In this document: piece after piece, positions 28,301 to 36,988 of the stretch | Layout of the letters: every line of letters starts with the position of its first letter | Position numbering within the stretch: position 1 is the stretch's first letter | Assembly: GCA_963729625.1 (NCBI GenBank) | Contig: CAVSOU010000017.1 | Coordinates: 64,001-128,000 of the forward strand | Length of the DNA: 64,000 bases | Reading direction: 5' to 3' | From: an uncultured bacterium | Lineage (GTDB): Bacteria > Chloroflexota > UBA5177 > JANWHV01 | Notes under the pieces: generated by a model | Database searches by the model: none | Told to the model about the DNA's origin: nothing | Seen by the model: the letters and a program-made list of their open reading frames with translations, nothing else | Made by a program: the position numbers and the translations under genes

Positions 28301-31014
28301 CCACGGTTGGCCCGTTGCCAACCGGCGGCTATTGGCTGCATGTGCGCGCACGCGGCCGGACCGGCGTCTGGGGGGCGGCAGCCAACTACCCCTTCGTGAT
28401 CGACACGCTGCCCCTACGGGTTGGCACGCCGCAGCCGGGACCGGGCGGAACGGGAACCGCCTTCGTCACGGTGCCGATCAGTGACCCGGGCGCGAGCGGG
28501 GTCGACGCCTCCACCATTCGCCTCCAGGTGTTCGGCAAGACCTACGGTCCCGGAAGCGACATCGTCAGCTACGATCTCTCCGCAGGGGCGGCTACCCTCA
28601 ACATTGGCTACATTCAGCCTGCCCCCCAAAACTTGTTCCCTGGTGGGAAGGTGCCTGTCGTCCTGCTCGCGGCATCTGATGCCGCAGGCAACAGCATTGT
28701 CCGACCGATAGCCTGGACGTATACGCTTGATATTCCCACTGCGCTGCCAGGTGGCGCCCAGCTGCTGACCACCCGTGGCGGAGACTCGCCAACCTTCTCT
28801 CCCGACGGCACGCGAGTTGCCTTCATTTCCCACCGCATCGGAGCAGCGCATGTGTGGACTATCGACGCCGGCGACCTGGGAGAGAAGCACGGCACCGCCC
28901 GCCAGATTGTCAGCGGACCGGGGGTCGATGCCGATCCGGCATGGTCGCCCACCGGCGATGTGATCGCCTTCGACTCGACCCGTAATGGTAGTCGCCAGCT
29001 CTACCTCGTGCAGCCCAACGGCGCTGGTTTGCGGCAGATTTCGAGCAGCGCCGGCGGAGCTATGCAGCCGACCTGGTCGCCGGACGGCAAACAGATCGCC
29101 TTCGTGAGCGACGGCAACCTCATGGTGGTCAATCGGGACGGCAGCGGCCTGCGTACCGTGATCGCCGACGGGGAGCACGCTGTGCGCGATCCGTCCTGGT
29201 CGCCGGACGGCAGGGTGATTGCCTTTCGCCATAGCCTGTACGTCGACCAGATCTGGACCGTGCGCCCGGACGGCACACACGACGGCATCTTGACGTCGCT
29301 GGCGAGCGGTGAATCACAGTCCTCGCCGGCCTGGCTGGCGGACGGTCGCGTGGCCTACGTCTCACTGCGCGAGAAGGTGTCCGCCCTGTACGCGGTCGAG
29401 CCCGACGGCACTGAGCAGAACACCTTGGCCGGCCAACCGCCCGCGCAGTTGTTCACGCCAGCGGCCTCGCGCGACGGCTCGACCATCGCCTTCGTTTCCA
29501 CCCTGGCTGGCGGACACAACATCTTCGTCAGCCGACAATTCCGCATCGAGCCACTGGACGTAAGTGCCGAGAGCTTCGACCCAACCGCCGGCCACGCGGT
29601 GGCCATCCGCTACGGCCTCACCTCGTCGGCCACGGTCTCCATCGGGATCACCGACAGCAACGAGCACACGGTACGCACGCTTGTCGTGCACAAGTTGCTG
29701 CCCGCCGGCGTGCGGCAGCTGACCTGGGATGGCAGGGACGATCGGGGCCGTCTGCTGGGCGAGGGTGTGTACTCCGTCCAGGTGGCCGGGCAAGCACCGG
29801 GCCTGCCTGTGCTCAAGCGCGGGTTGGGCGTGACGATCGACGACGTGAGCCAGCACGGTACATTGGTCATCGCAGTGACCGACAAAGGGCGACCTGCGGG
29901 TGGCGCCGCGCTCACGGTGCTACGGGCCGGCACGCAGTCCTACGTCGAACAGGACATGACCGGCAGGACAGGCTCGAGCACGATCAGCCTCAGTCCGGGC
30001 ATCTACGACGTGCTTGCGCAGGCGGATAACGGCGACCAGGGCGTGGCAAGCAATCTCGTCGTGCGTCGACACGGCGCGCTGAGCCACGCGATCAAGCTCG
30101 CCGTGCCCGCAGTGCCGTCGCCCGGCGCGTCAGCCACGGCCCCTGTTTCCAGCCCAGCCGTCCAGAAGTCGGCGACGCCGATCGGCAGTGCGACTGCGGC
30201 CAGTACGCCAACAGCCACTACCGCTGCGGCCGCCGGAACACCTGCGGCCAGTGCCACGTCCCCGGCGAGCAAGGGAAATACGGGCACGCTGGTCGTGTCC
30301 GTGCAGACGTCGCCCGGCCATTCGGCGATTGACGCCGGAGTTGATGTCTACCTGGGGAGCCGGCTGATTAGTTACGGTGGCACCGACAGCACTGGTGTGA
30401 TCACGTTCACCGTTAGCCCGGGCACCTACTCCATCCAGATCCGGCTGGCTGCCGCGACCGCTACGATCAGCACCGTGAAAGTCTCTCTCGGTAGGGTCAC
30501 CCGGCAAACAGTGACCCTCGGTTCCGGCACGCTGAAGGTGCAGGTGGACCTGGTAGCAGGCAGGCCGGCGGTTGACGCCGATGTCGAGGTCTATCGCGGG
30601 AGCACACTGGTTAGCTACGGCGGCACGGACAGCACCGGCAGGATCACATTCACCCTCAACGCCGGCAGCTATGCCATACAGGCGAGCCTCGGGAAAGCAA
30701 CGGGGCCTGTGGTCACCGCGACGGTCGAGGGCGGCGCGGTGGCGCTGAGCACGGTGGTGCTGAACGCCGGCCAGCTTGTCGTGAAAGTGCTCACGAAGTC
30801 GGGAGCACCGGCGGTTGGTGCCGAGGTGGATATTTCTCAGGGGGGCACACTTCTCGCTTACGACGACACCGACAGCACCGGTGCGGTCACGTTCACGCTC
30901 AACGCGGGCACCTACACCGTGCAGGCGAGCCTCGGCGGCGCCACGAACAAGTCGCTCTCGGTGCACGTGAGCGCGGGTGGCACCAGCAGCTACACTACCA
31001 CGTTGGGAAGATAG
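22309..31014 (+). CDS. Secreted RHS/YD-repeat protein (2901 aa) with multi-domain adhesin-like C-terminus
   Basis: GAGGAGG RBS and Sec signal peptide. DUF6531-like start (GNGWAFTY), dozens of YD repeats, and core end RFLSPDP...DPLGL at 25846-25860. Then FlgD-Ig, Ig, ZU5-like, CBM-like, FN3-like, TolB/PD40 (PxWSPDG), FlgD-Ig and four carboxypeptidase-regulatory-like repeats. Confidence 0.92.
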   Translation: MKVRHWLRTALCALAICMTWPSYAAHGAPRATAAAAPSPAGVPAGWLSTSALGTTPADVLPQAFVASAAQWRALPLQIAEQAAPAFQDAAGGGGAAAALLAQTLLGQNIVTPDPRALAQNRLSAVLGPLAQTLGVATSAASTTSGSSGLAADLVDPASGVLHVTYQDFSVPARGQPMALQRTFVSGNTAASAMGNGWAFTYGIHLAYDASGNPLIEEAAGGVTHFAFWQAPSTYIALDAPGWEVLWLHPGGATQLMADGSSHQFDALGRLVRLQDRDGIGLTINYRGANLASVVDAAGRSLRFTENSAGLISTITDPMGAVIRYGHDGAGNLISVTTAAGATTRYAYSTPTSDSYDTARLTGITLPRGGTIHFSYDSGARVSRVAGPGTMNTAITYADNAAPGTVRTDLVDATGAHTEIDTFNTSPLTTGVQLPVVTRLVDATGRTTTVTSGPSGVTIEDGEGRMKPVASNAGGPASTIQAPQTGANRLGYDQATSTLSMLTGISGRPTTLVYDAAGHLAGIRDATGALTKVEQIAPLTFHVVSPNSGVAILQFDAAGNVIALTDAMGRKTTFLWDPDGRLTGISDPAHGRLTFRYGPSGALLARTDALGAVTSYSYDADGDLTSMRDALGDTWRFTYDAFDLPVSVVDPLGDTDRLSYDDAGRLTMVTDPLGAVTRAGYDGAGRVASVTDPLGHTTRYRYGAAGELVAATSPAGRTTRYSYDAAGQPVVVTDADGSSTTLMYDDAGRLTASRAGAGPTTEYRYDAVGRLTQRTVPDESGASYTYDAAGYLVSAGNGSGTIRDAYDAAGDLTSTVDTSGHTIRYSYDAAGRRATMTSATGTVTRYAYDAAGHISAIDDPLGSSTFRYDVRGERVAATLPGGIAVSYLYDKADRLTALTYKHGATVVARFVYGYDRDGNVVQEQALGDTLRYRYDAANRLTAMQGSTRSDDASYAYDADGNLLSSASRGALRYDAAGRLLTAGSASMAYDPAGRAMTGLAGAIYGYDQSGNLLAAHTSGADVMYGEDALGRIVTRLEAGNTTLTVYDGSDPVAAFGPIPSVVARNVYGPWIDEPLAFSANGQTYTYVVDRLGSVRMVLDGAGTPVATLRYDAYGRLLGKTGSGPTTLGFAGRPYDPATGLIDLRDRLYDPALARFLSPDPLARPGAADYPYAADSPATRSDPLGLCAESSGEGPSNSTLGVFAAESSGLPELLGETFGQAFSGYGAWHQIEQFNAANAAFGDGCKGVNNTDPTFIDAAGVAATDRGSEAGNSTLALTRGASGGSVEALFPVAAAGTVTIGVYDAHGHLTRALAAQPASPPVLDITWDGRDTAGHEVADGTYYMLETEQPAAAGAQATCALRTIAVTAGASGPFVVPVLSVPPATSSVSAKIVTPVSGALVRGLVPIDGVASGSDFDHYQLDYGPGTSPTRWTGIRATVSGTAGVPDKGPVTLALLHTLSGNLGSLDTGLSDYFYYRSSGAQGLSGLYTIRLRVFGRHGEVAQALAWIVVGRVATYVQDATIASPSGLASLAVPSMAIHDIAQVFAVLPLTSTEPIPAQLRPLSRVYALHPSGYVFSIPATLSMHISTTAPGAAIYAWDAGTNRWQPLRTSVAGAKHGTTLSTPVARLNQAPALYAVFAPIAAPAPPLLFPLGAAPSGATTVTLAAATRPGLLVQVLSAGRPTGVPVVAGADGLAVIPGIHLQSGQNRFTAVARDSAGHISAPSQAISVTAAPKTLELLDPATTLPAKVTDLAAVPRPAQAGPPPPVVNSPTLHAVLAAEFHRPQDLWPGRTAPLGASTTVVTDGGHTALEITAGGTGDLTTGVPVSSFNLATHPLITFSYKVPPTVSVDLAIHANGTWWVAPLSDPPPTANDFARVYFFPLGDYPSLKLVRDNRWHDITLNLYQLIRDQQPTGPVVVDRMAFGDWEPSGWLGVRPSSANAPATSFLLDHVALPAVSRISTASFSWSEPAGQGISAYSYLLDQKPSTVPPARSMGLAPATTVGPLPTGGYWLHVRARGRTGVWGAAANYPFVIDTLPLRVGTPQPGPGGTGTAFVTVPISDPGASGVDASTIRLQVFGKTYGPGSDIVSYDLSAGAATLNIGYIQPAPQNLFPGGKVPVVLLAASDAAGNSIVRPIAWTYTLDIPTALPGGAQLLTTRGGDSPTFSPDGTRVAFISHRIGAAHVWTIDAGDLGEKHGTARQIVSGPGVDADPAWSPTGDVIAFDSTRNGSRQLYLVQPNGAGLRQISSSAGGAMQPTWSPDGKQIAFVSDGNLMVVNRDGSGLRTVIADGEHAVRDPSWSPDGRVIAFRHSLYVDQIWTVRPDGTHDGILTSLASGESQSSPAWLADGRVAYVSLREKVSALYAVEPDGTEQNTLAGQPPAQLFTPAASRDGSTIAFVSTLAGGHNIFVSRQFRIEPLDVSAESFDPTAGHAVAIRYGLTSSATVSIGITDSNEHTVRTLVVHKLLPAGVRQLTWDGRDDRGRLLGEGVYSVQVAGQAPGLPVLKRGLGVTIDDVSQHGTLVIAVTDKGRPAGGAALTVLRAGTQSYVEQDMTGRTGSSTISLSPGIYDVLAQADNGDQGVASNLVVRRHGALSHAIKLAVPAVPSPGASATAPVSSPAVQKSATPIGSATAASTPTATTAAAAGTPAASATSPASKGNTGTLVVSVQTSPGHSAIDAGVDVYLGSRLISYGGTDSTGVITFTVSPGTYSIQIRLAAATATISTVKVSLGRVTRQTVTLGSGTLKVQVDLVAGRPAVDADVEVYRGSTLVSYGGTDSTGRITFTLNAGSYAIQASLGKATGPVVTATVEGGAVALSTVVLNAGQLVVKVLTKSGAPAVGAEVDISQGGTLLAYDDTDSTGAVTFTLNAGTYTVQASLGGATNKSLSVHVSAGGTSSYTTTLGR

Positions 31015-31080
31015 GCGTGAACGGTACGCATGGCATCGCTCTAGCAAAGGGACTGGAACTCAATCCCAGCCTCGGTATTG

Positions 31081-31104
31081 CGGTGCACGAGGCGTCGTGC
31101 ACCG
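31081..31104 (+). terminator. Perfect 10-bp hairpin after the RHS gene
   Basis: CGGTGCACGA-GGCG-TCGTGCACCG; no U-tract. Confidence 0.5.
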
Positions 31105-31124
31105 GTGAAGACCAATAGACCGAG

Positions 31125-31294
31125 CCTGGATTATTCAGGAACCCTGACGGAAACGAGCTTAGCAAGGATGCTGGGAGGCTCGTGATGGCGCGCGTCGCCA
31201 GCTCAGAGCGAGTGCTCGGTCCACCAGCGCATACTGATTCTCGCGACTGGCGGGATGCTCCCGCACTTGCTGCGGGGTCGATTGTCGGACGTAG
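31125..31294 (-). mobile_element. Left 170-bp inverted repeat (serine-recombinase fragment plus IS-like end)
   Basis: Reverse complement of 46757-46926 with 7 mismatches. Encodes YVRQSTPQQVREHPASRENQYALVDRALALSW. Confidence 0.9.
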
Positions 31295-31980
31295 CCCCTG
31301 GACGCGTTGCGTGGGTCAAGCAGACTGCCCCGATCAAGATAGGGCTGCAGGCCGACGGCGCTGAACGGCAACGACGCTGCGTCGAGATGGCGGAGCATGG
31401 CGCCGAGGTAGCTGGTACCGCTGCTCCCTGCATCCAGATTGCCGCCGATGTTGTGGCAGAACACCCCACCCAGCAGGATCCGAATGTCTCCGCGTGCGGC
31501 GGCGAACGCTTGACTGACCGCGCGCAAGAGCGCCGCATACGTGGATGGGTAGATGAAGGCCGAGCCAGCATACACGGTTGGGGAGGGATACTGATTCCAT
31601 GCATTCGGCTCGTTCCAGAGTTCCTACAGTCGTAAGGAGGGAAAGGCCGTGGCAAGACGGACTGCCGCGGCGACGAACTGCTCCCTAAACTCATCGTGGC
31701 CATCCGTGGTGCCGCCATTCTCCTCGTTCGTCGCGTTCCAGGCGCCCTGATTTGCGCGCGGCACGATCTGGTGGGACAACAGCCCGATCACGTCGACACC
31801 GGCGCGGTCGAGGTCGTCGACGATGCCCGCGTACCGCGCGACGAGCGCCAGATCCCAGCCGGCCTGTGGACCGACGCGGAACTCGAAGCGCGCGACCTGC
31901 GCACCACACGTCCGCAATGCTTCGAGGTCGTGCGCGCCGAACAGCCGGATTTGCACGTCGTTACTCAACATCTGGCCCAA
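31295..31980 (-). pseudogene. Clan GH-A glycoside hydrolase pseudogene
   Basis: One frame reads ...FPSLRL*ELWNEPNAW... with an in-frame TAG at 31624-31626 where W is expected. It continues to AVGLQPYLD, then is cut by the inverted repeat. Confidence 0.75.
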
Positions 31981-32109
31981 GGCGAGTCCTTTTTTTATGC
32001 CAGCTTCCAGTCACGTCGTGCCAACTCCGTTACTTTCCACGGTGCCTCCGGCTAAGCTAGGGTGCGTCCAGCTGGAGGTCGCAGCGCCATGCGTCGGTCA
32101 GCGTGGCTC

Positions 32110-32240
32110 CTCCTCGACCAGACTGAGCCCAGCCCAGGAGCCGAGCCACCGTGGCGAAGGGCACATCCTGCGCCAACAGGCATGCCCACTCCTGCAAGCC
32201 GCGGGTAATGAGCATGCCCCAGTGAGCCGTTGCCAGCTCG
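32110..32240 (-). pseudogene. Transposase-like fragment
   Basis: HWGMLITRGLQEWACLLAQDVPFATVARLLGW resembles the N-terminal region of UPF0236/ISLre2-like transposases (recognised from memory). Confidence 0.45.
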
Positions 32241-32826
32241 CCCAACGCCCGGAGCTGGTCGACGGTCGGCATCGCTTCCAGCACCTTGATACGCCGCATG
32301 AAATGCTCGGCCGACTGCACGTCGCGATAGAGTCCATACCTGCGGCTGACCTTGATGTCGGCATCCGAGAGCGGCAGGGCAGGATCGGCAAGCGCAGGGA
32401 TCTGGCTCAGTAGCCCAGGCCAGAGCGATTCGCTCGCGGAGGCTATGGCGGCTTCGTTGGCATGCATGACTACGTCCAGATACTTTACGCCCGTGAGCGG
32501 TTAGGTGCGTGCTCGCTGAGAAAGACGGACTCCCGCGTGTTGCTGGCGTCCGCGCCATTCGGTGTTATCAGTATGTGGAAACGCTGGGTACCTTGGCTGT
32601 GATCTCGGTCACACCGCAGCTCCCGATCGGTGTGATGAAAGTCACAGTCACGCCGCTGCCACACGGTCTATTCAGGCCTACGCCGCAAGCGCGCCAGTCG
32701 CCGTCCGGCAGCCAACCATCCTTCGCGCCGGCAGTTCCTGCACTGAACGCCGCGACCCATCCAGAAATGTGAGGGACACCCCTGGCGGACACGCGGACCA
32801 TGCCATGAACGATGTGCATCTAAATG

Positions 32827-32835
32827 TGGTAGAAT
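32827..32835 (+). promoter_or_regulatory. Extended -10 promoter of the csp gene
   Basis: TGG-TAGAAT followed by an ~80-nt leader. Confidence 0.5.
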
Positions 32836-32922
32836 AAAGAGTCATCACAGGAGCTTCTTGATCGAATTGGTATGTGACCAATCCTCTCTCCGATCCCCCT
32901 CGCATGGCAGAAAGAGCGCACA

Positions 32923-33135
32923 GTGGCACAAGGTACAATTGCACGCGTCACCGACCGCGGTTTTGGCTTCATCAGCCAAGAGCAGGGCGGAGAAGATTTG
33001 TTCTTTCACACGTCGGCACTGGTCGGCGTTACGTTCGACGAATTGCAGCGCAACGACGTTGTGCAGTACGATTCGGAGCCGGATACGCGAGGTCGCGGCA
33101 ATCGCGCGGTGAACGTTCACAGGATCAACCGTTAA
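32923..33135 (+). CDS. Cold-shock protein (CspA family)
   Basis: RNP1 RGFGFI, RNP2 LFFH and AVNV motifs. Confidence 0.93.
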   Translation: MAQGTIARVTDRGFGFISQEQGGEDLFFHTSALVGVTFDELQRNDVVQYDSEPDTRGRGNRAVNVHRINR

Positions 33136-33504
33136 CGGCTCTGGCATTCCTCTAGAAGGTGGCGCGACATACCCGACAGAAGGTGCTTCACCATATGAAG
33201 CGCCTTCTCTTTTTGCGGTCGAAGTCACTGCCAGGGAAGGGCCGAGCATCAGTGCGGCAAGCATAGGCTTCGCTAGTCGCGCATGCAACAGGATGCCGTT
33301 CGATGCGCGGCCTGTTCCGCTGACCCGCAATGTCCCTGCTGACGAGCAGGGGTGGTGTTACGTAAGCCGCGGCCAGCCGCCATCGAGAGGCAGATCGGGA
33401 AGCGGTTGATCACACTGTTGCAGGGGTGTTACGTCCGAACGTGCAGTTTACAACGCTAAGCGTTGTGCTGGCGTAGCAGGTCTGCTTCGCGGGACGCGCG
33501 GCCG

Positions 33505-33660
33505 TCGTTCGACGGCTTGCTCGACATCATCGTCTGCGAGCCGTTCCACCCCTTCATGGATCCGTGGTGGCCGGCGGGGCACATTCTTGGCTGGGAGCAC
33601 GCCGACATCAATATGTTCTACCATTTCCTGCGGTGCGTGGGCGAAGATCGTCCGGACAAC
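33505..33660 (+). pseudogene. Gfo/Idh/MocA C-terminal fragment
   Basis: IIVCEPFHPFMDPWWPAGHILGWEH matches the HPxxxxWWPxGHxxGWEH motif of this family. Confidence 0.6.
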
Positions 33661-34021
33661 ATCCCTCTGCCTCTTGCCTCAGCCAAGCCGATGATGTCGT
33701 CGGTATGCACCCGCTGTCGCGCCGCGATCAAGGCGCCGATGACTTGCATTCTGGCCGCCGGCGCGGTGCAAGCAGCATCAGTCGCAAGATCGCCGTCATC
33801 CCCGGTCTTGTCAGACCGAAGCGGATGGCTGTGCGCGGTGCTGACCAAGTGCCGCCACCGTCGATCCGCTCACGTGGTGGCCCGACGCGAGTCACAGCGG
33901 GGGTATCGTTCGTGGCAGAAGGAATGCCTCAGGTAGAAGCGGGAGTTATGAGCGGTGCCCTGCTGGCGCGATCGCTCTCGCGCGCAGACAGGCTGGCGCC
34001 GAGGGCATTCAAGCTCGTTGC

Positions 34022-34050
34022 TTGACACTGGCCATTTCCTGCGCTATTGT
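34022..34050 (+). promoter_or_regulatory. Sigma70-type promoter
   Basis: TTGACA-17 bp-TATTGT upstream of the ABC exporter. Confidence 0.6.
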
Positions 34051-34201
34051 GATGGCCGAGAATGCTCCGGCAGAGACTGGTATGCTGAGTTCCGACAGGA
34101 TCCGGCGGGACGAGAGCAATGACCAGCCCGCTGCGCGTGGCCCTCGTGTCTTGCTTATTGGCGGGACTGCTCGGTGCGAGGGATGGTGGGATGATGGCAG
34201 C

Positions 34202-35125
34202 GTGACGCCGGCGATCTCCACTGCTGGTCTTGTAAAGACCTTCGGATCGACGCGCGCGCTCGATGGTCTCGACTTATCGGTCGAGACCGGTGCGGTCCAC
34301 GGTTTTCTCGGGCCGAACGGCTCGGGCAAGACAACGACCCTCCGTGTGTTGCTCGGGCTGCTGCGGGCCGACGCAGGGGAGGTCGTCCTGCTGGGGAAGG
34401 ACCCGTGGCACGACGCCGTCGCGTTGCATCGCCGGTTGGCGTATGTGCCCGGGGAGGTCAGTCTGTGGCCGAACCTGACCGGTGGGGAGGTGATCGACCT
34501 ATTCGGCCGGCTGCGGGGCGACCTCAACCCGCGCCGCCGGGACGAGCTTCTCGAACGCTTCCAACTTGACCCGAGCAAGAAGACCCGCACGTACTCAAAA
34601 GGCAACCGGCAAAAGGTGGCATTGGTCGCGGCCCTCGCGTCTGACGCCGAGTTGCTCTTGCTGGACGAGCCGACGTCGGGACTCGACCCGCTGATGGAGG
34701 CAGTCTTCCAGGACTACATTCGCGAGCTAAAGACCGAAGGGCGGACGGTGGTGCTCTCCAGTCACCTCCTGGCGGAGGTCGAAGCCCTCTGCGACCGGTT
34801 GAGCATCATCAGGCTGGGGAGGGTAGTGGAAGGGGGCACGCTCGCTGAGCTCAGGCACCTCACGCGAACGTCGATCACAGCGGAGACCGAACGTCCGGCG
34901 CGGAGTCTGGCCAACCTGGAGGGTCTACACAACCTGGAGATCGATGGCGCCCATGTGCATTTTGACGTCGATACCGATCACCTCGACCTTGCGGTGCGCC
35001 GGCTCGGCGAGCTTGGGGTCCGCAGCCTAGTCAGCCATCCACCCACACTCGAGGAGCTGTTCCTGCGGCACTATGGCGATGAACTGGCGAAGGAACCCGA
35101 ACGGTCGATCCAGGGCGCGACATGA
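34202..35125 (+). CDS. ABC-2 exporter ATP-binding protein
   Basis: [24 protein letters not shown] and SSH. Start taken at GTG 34202. Confidence 0.92.
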   Translation: MTPAISTAGLVKTFGSTRALDGLDLSVETGAVHGFLGPNGSGKTTTLRVLLGLLRADAGEVVLLGKDPWHDAVALHRRLAYVPGEVSLWPNLTGGEVIDLFGRLRGDLNPRRRDELLERFQLDPSKKTRTYSKGNRQKVALVAALASDAELLLLDEPTSGLDPLMEAVFQDYIRELKTEGRTVVLSSHLLAEVEALCDRLSIIRLGRVVEGGTLAELRHLTRTSITAETERPARSLANLEGLHNLEIDGAHVHFDVDTDHLDLAVRRLGELGVRSLVSHPPTLEELFLRHYGDELAKEPERSIQGAT

Positions 35126-35141
35126 CAGTGTCGGCACATTG

Positions 35142-36731
35142 ATGACCTCACTCACGGGAAGCACCGCGCTGACCCACTTCATTCTGCGCCGCGACCGCAT
35201 CCGGATCCTCGTCTGGATCGCGGCCATCGTGGTGCTGGCGGCGCTTACCGCAGTTGGCATCAAGGGTCTGTACCCGACCCAGGCTGCCCTGGATCAAACG
35301 GCTGCCGCCACGCAACACAACGCCGCCGCAATCGCCTTCAACGGACCTGCCCAGGGTCTGAACACCGTCGGCGGGCAGGTGGCGTTTCAGTTCGGCGCCG
35401 GGGGCATGGTGTTGGTTGCCCTCATGAGCATCTTCATGCTTGGCAGGCTCACGCGGGGCGAGGAGGAGGCCGGCCGCCTCGAACTCGTGCGCTCACTCCC
35501 GGTCGGCGTCCACGCAAACACGTTCGCCGCGGCGCTCACGGTGGCTGCGATGAACGTGGCCGTGGGCGCGCTCACAACTGCTGTCCTGCTGGAACAGGGC
35601 CTGCCCGCGGTCGGGTCGATCGTGTTCGGCGTGGCGTTCATCCTTGTCGGGCTCGTCTTCGGCGGCATCGCCCTTCTCGTGGCCCAGGTCACCGAAAACA
35701 CCCGAGTCGTTTATGGCGTCGCCGGCGCAGTGCTCGGGGCGGCGTACGTGCTGCGCGCCGTGGGTGACATCGGCGATGGAACAGCCTCCTGGTTCTCCCC
35801 GATTGGGGTGGCCCAGAAGGCGCGACCGTTCGCAGGCGAGCGGTGGTGGCCTTTCCTGATCTTGGCCGGTGTGACTGTGCTCCTGGTCGGCTTGGCCGCG
35901 ACCATGGCCGCTCGGCGCGACCTCGGGGCGGGGCTCGTGGCGCCCCGGCCAGGCAGGCCAACGGCCGCGCCGAGTCTCGGGCACGCGCTCGGGCTGGCTG
36001 TGCGCCTGCAGCGCGCATCGCTCTTCGGGTGGGCCGCGGGCGTTCTCGTCACAGGCATCGCGTACGGCTGGATCGGCCCCACGGTCGACACGTTCATCGG
36101 CCAGAACAAGGCCCTTGCCGAAGTGCTGACCAGCGCCGGAGGTGGGAGCCTTACTGACTCCTATTTCGCTGCCTCCTTCCGTATCATGGCGCTTCTGGCC
36201 ACTGGCTTCGCCATCCAGTCCGCGCTGCGCGTGCGGAGCGAGGAGACGTCGATGCGGGCCGATTTGGTGCTTGCAACGCCCGTCTCGCGCTGGCGTTTCG
36301 CGCGGAGCCACCTCACGGTGGCTTTCGCAGGCAGCGTCTTGTTGCTGGCGGTGGCTGGTCTGGCAACCAGTCTTGCCTATGGCCTGGCAGGCGGCGGCAT
36401 GCAGAGCGTTCCGCGCTTGGTCGGAGCCGCCCTCGTCTACGCGCCGCCTATGTGGATCATGGTCGGACTCGCGATCGCCCTCGACGGTCTACTGCCGCGT
36501 TGGGTCGGCGCGTCATGGGCGATCCTTGCGGCATGCGTCGTTGTCGCGTTCCTCGGCGCGGTCCTCCATCTGCCACTCTGGCTTCAGGACCTCTCTCCGT
36601 TCGAACGCGTGCCCCAGCTACCTGCTGCGAGCTTTACACTCGGGCCGCTGTTCGTGCTCTCGGCCATTGCGGCCGGCCTCACCCTCGCCGGGCTGTGCGG
36701 GCTCCGGCGGCGCGACTTCGGCCGGATCTGA
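35142..36731 (+). CDS. ABC-2 exporter permease (TnrB3-like, ionophore/antibiotic export type)
   Basis: LRRDR, TRGEEEAGRLE and RRDLGAG motifs with a duplicated 6-TM architecture. Confidence 0.9.
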   Translation: MTSLTGSTALTHFILRRDRIRILVWIAAIVVLAALTAVGIKGLYPTQAALDQTAAATQHNAAAIAFNGPAQGLNTVGGQVAFQFGAGGMVLVALMSIFMLGRLTRGEEEAGRLELVRSLPVGVHANTFAAALTVAAMNVAVGALTTAVLLEQGLPAVGSIVFGVAFILVGLVFGGIALLVAQVTENTRVVYGVAGAVLGAAYVLRAVGDIGDGTASWFSPIGVAQKARPFAGERWWPFLILAGVTVLLVGLAATMAARRDLGAGLVAPRPGRPTAAPSLGHALGLAVRLQRASLFGWAAGVLVTGIAYGWIGPTVDTFIGQNKALAEVLTSAGGGSLTDSYFAASFRIMALLATGFAIQSALRVRSEETSMRADLVLATPVSRWRFARSHLTVAFAGSVLLLAVAGLATSLAYGLAGGGMQSVPRLVGAALVYAPPMWIMVGLAIALDGLLPRWVGASWAILAACVVVAFLGAVLHLPLWLQDLSPFERVPQLPAASFTLGPLFVLSAIAAGLTLAGLCGLRRRDFGRI

Positions 36732-36988
36732 CCGGTCCTACGCTCTTCCATTTACCGGCAGTGAGAGCAAATCTATCCAGAGGATGGGGTACTCATTCCG
36801 GGCGTAGTCCTGACAAACGTGGTGCTCTCCAGGATAGGCAGCGACCCCCAGGGTGCTCCGGCCCGTTGAAGTACTTAACTGAAGCGACTCGGGTATGGCA
36901 TGCATCAACGGAGGATGCGGCGCCTCGCCCAAGAACCGCGAGTCAAGCTGCAGTCACCTAGCCGCCAGGCACTCGTGCAGATCGCTTT

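Noticed and set aside
31020-31120. Immunity gene after the RHS gene
   Set aside because: No ORF is present; only a hairpin and then the repeat.
31159-31575. 138-aa ORF as a genuine GH-recombinase fusion protein
   Set aside because: It is a deletion junction between a nonsense-mutated GH gene and the repeat element.
31624-31626. In-frame TAG codons (also 52590) as recoding or pyrrolysine
   Set aside because: Both genes carry additional lesions, and TAG terminates many intact genes in this window.
32568-32819. Possible IPT/TIG-domain fragment (VTEITAKVP)
   Set aside because: Too short and degenerate to support.
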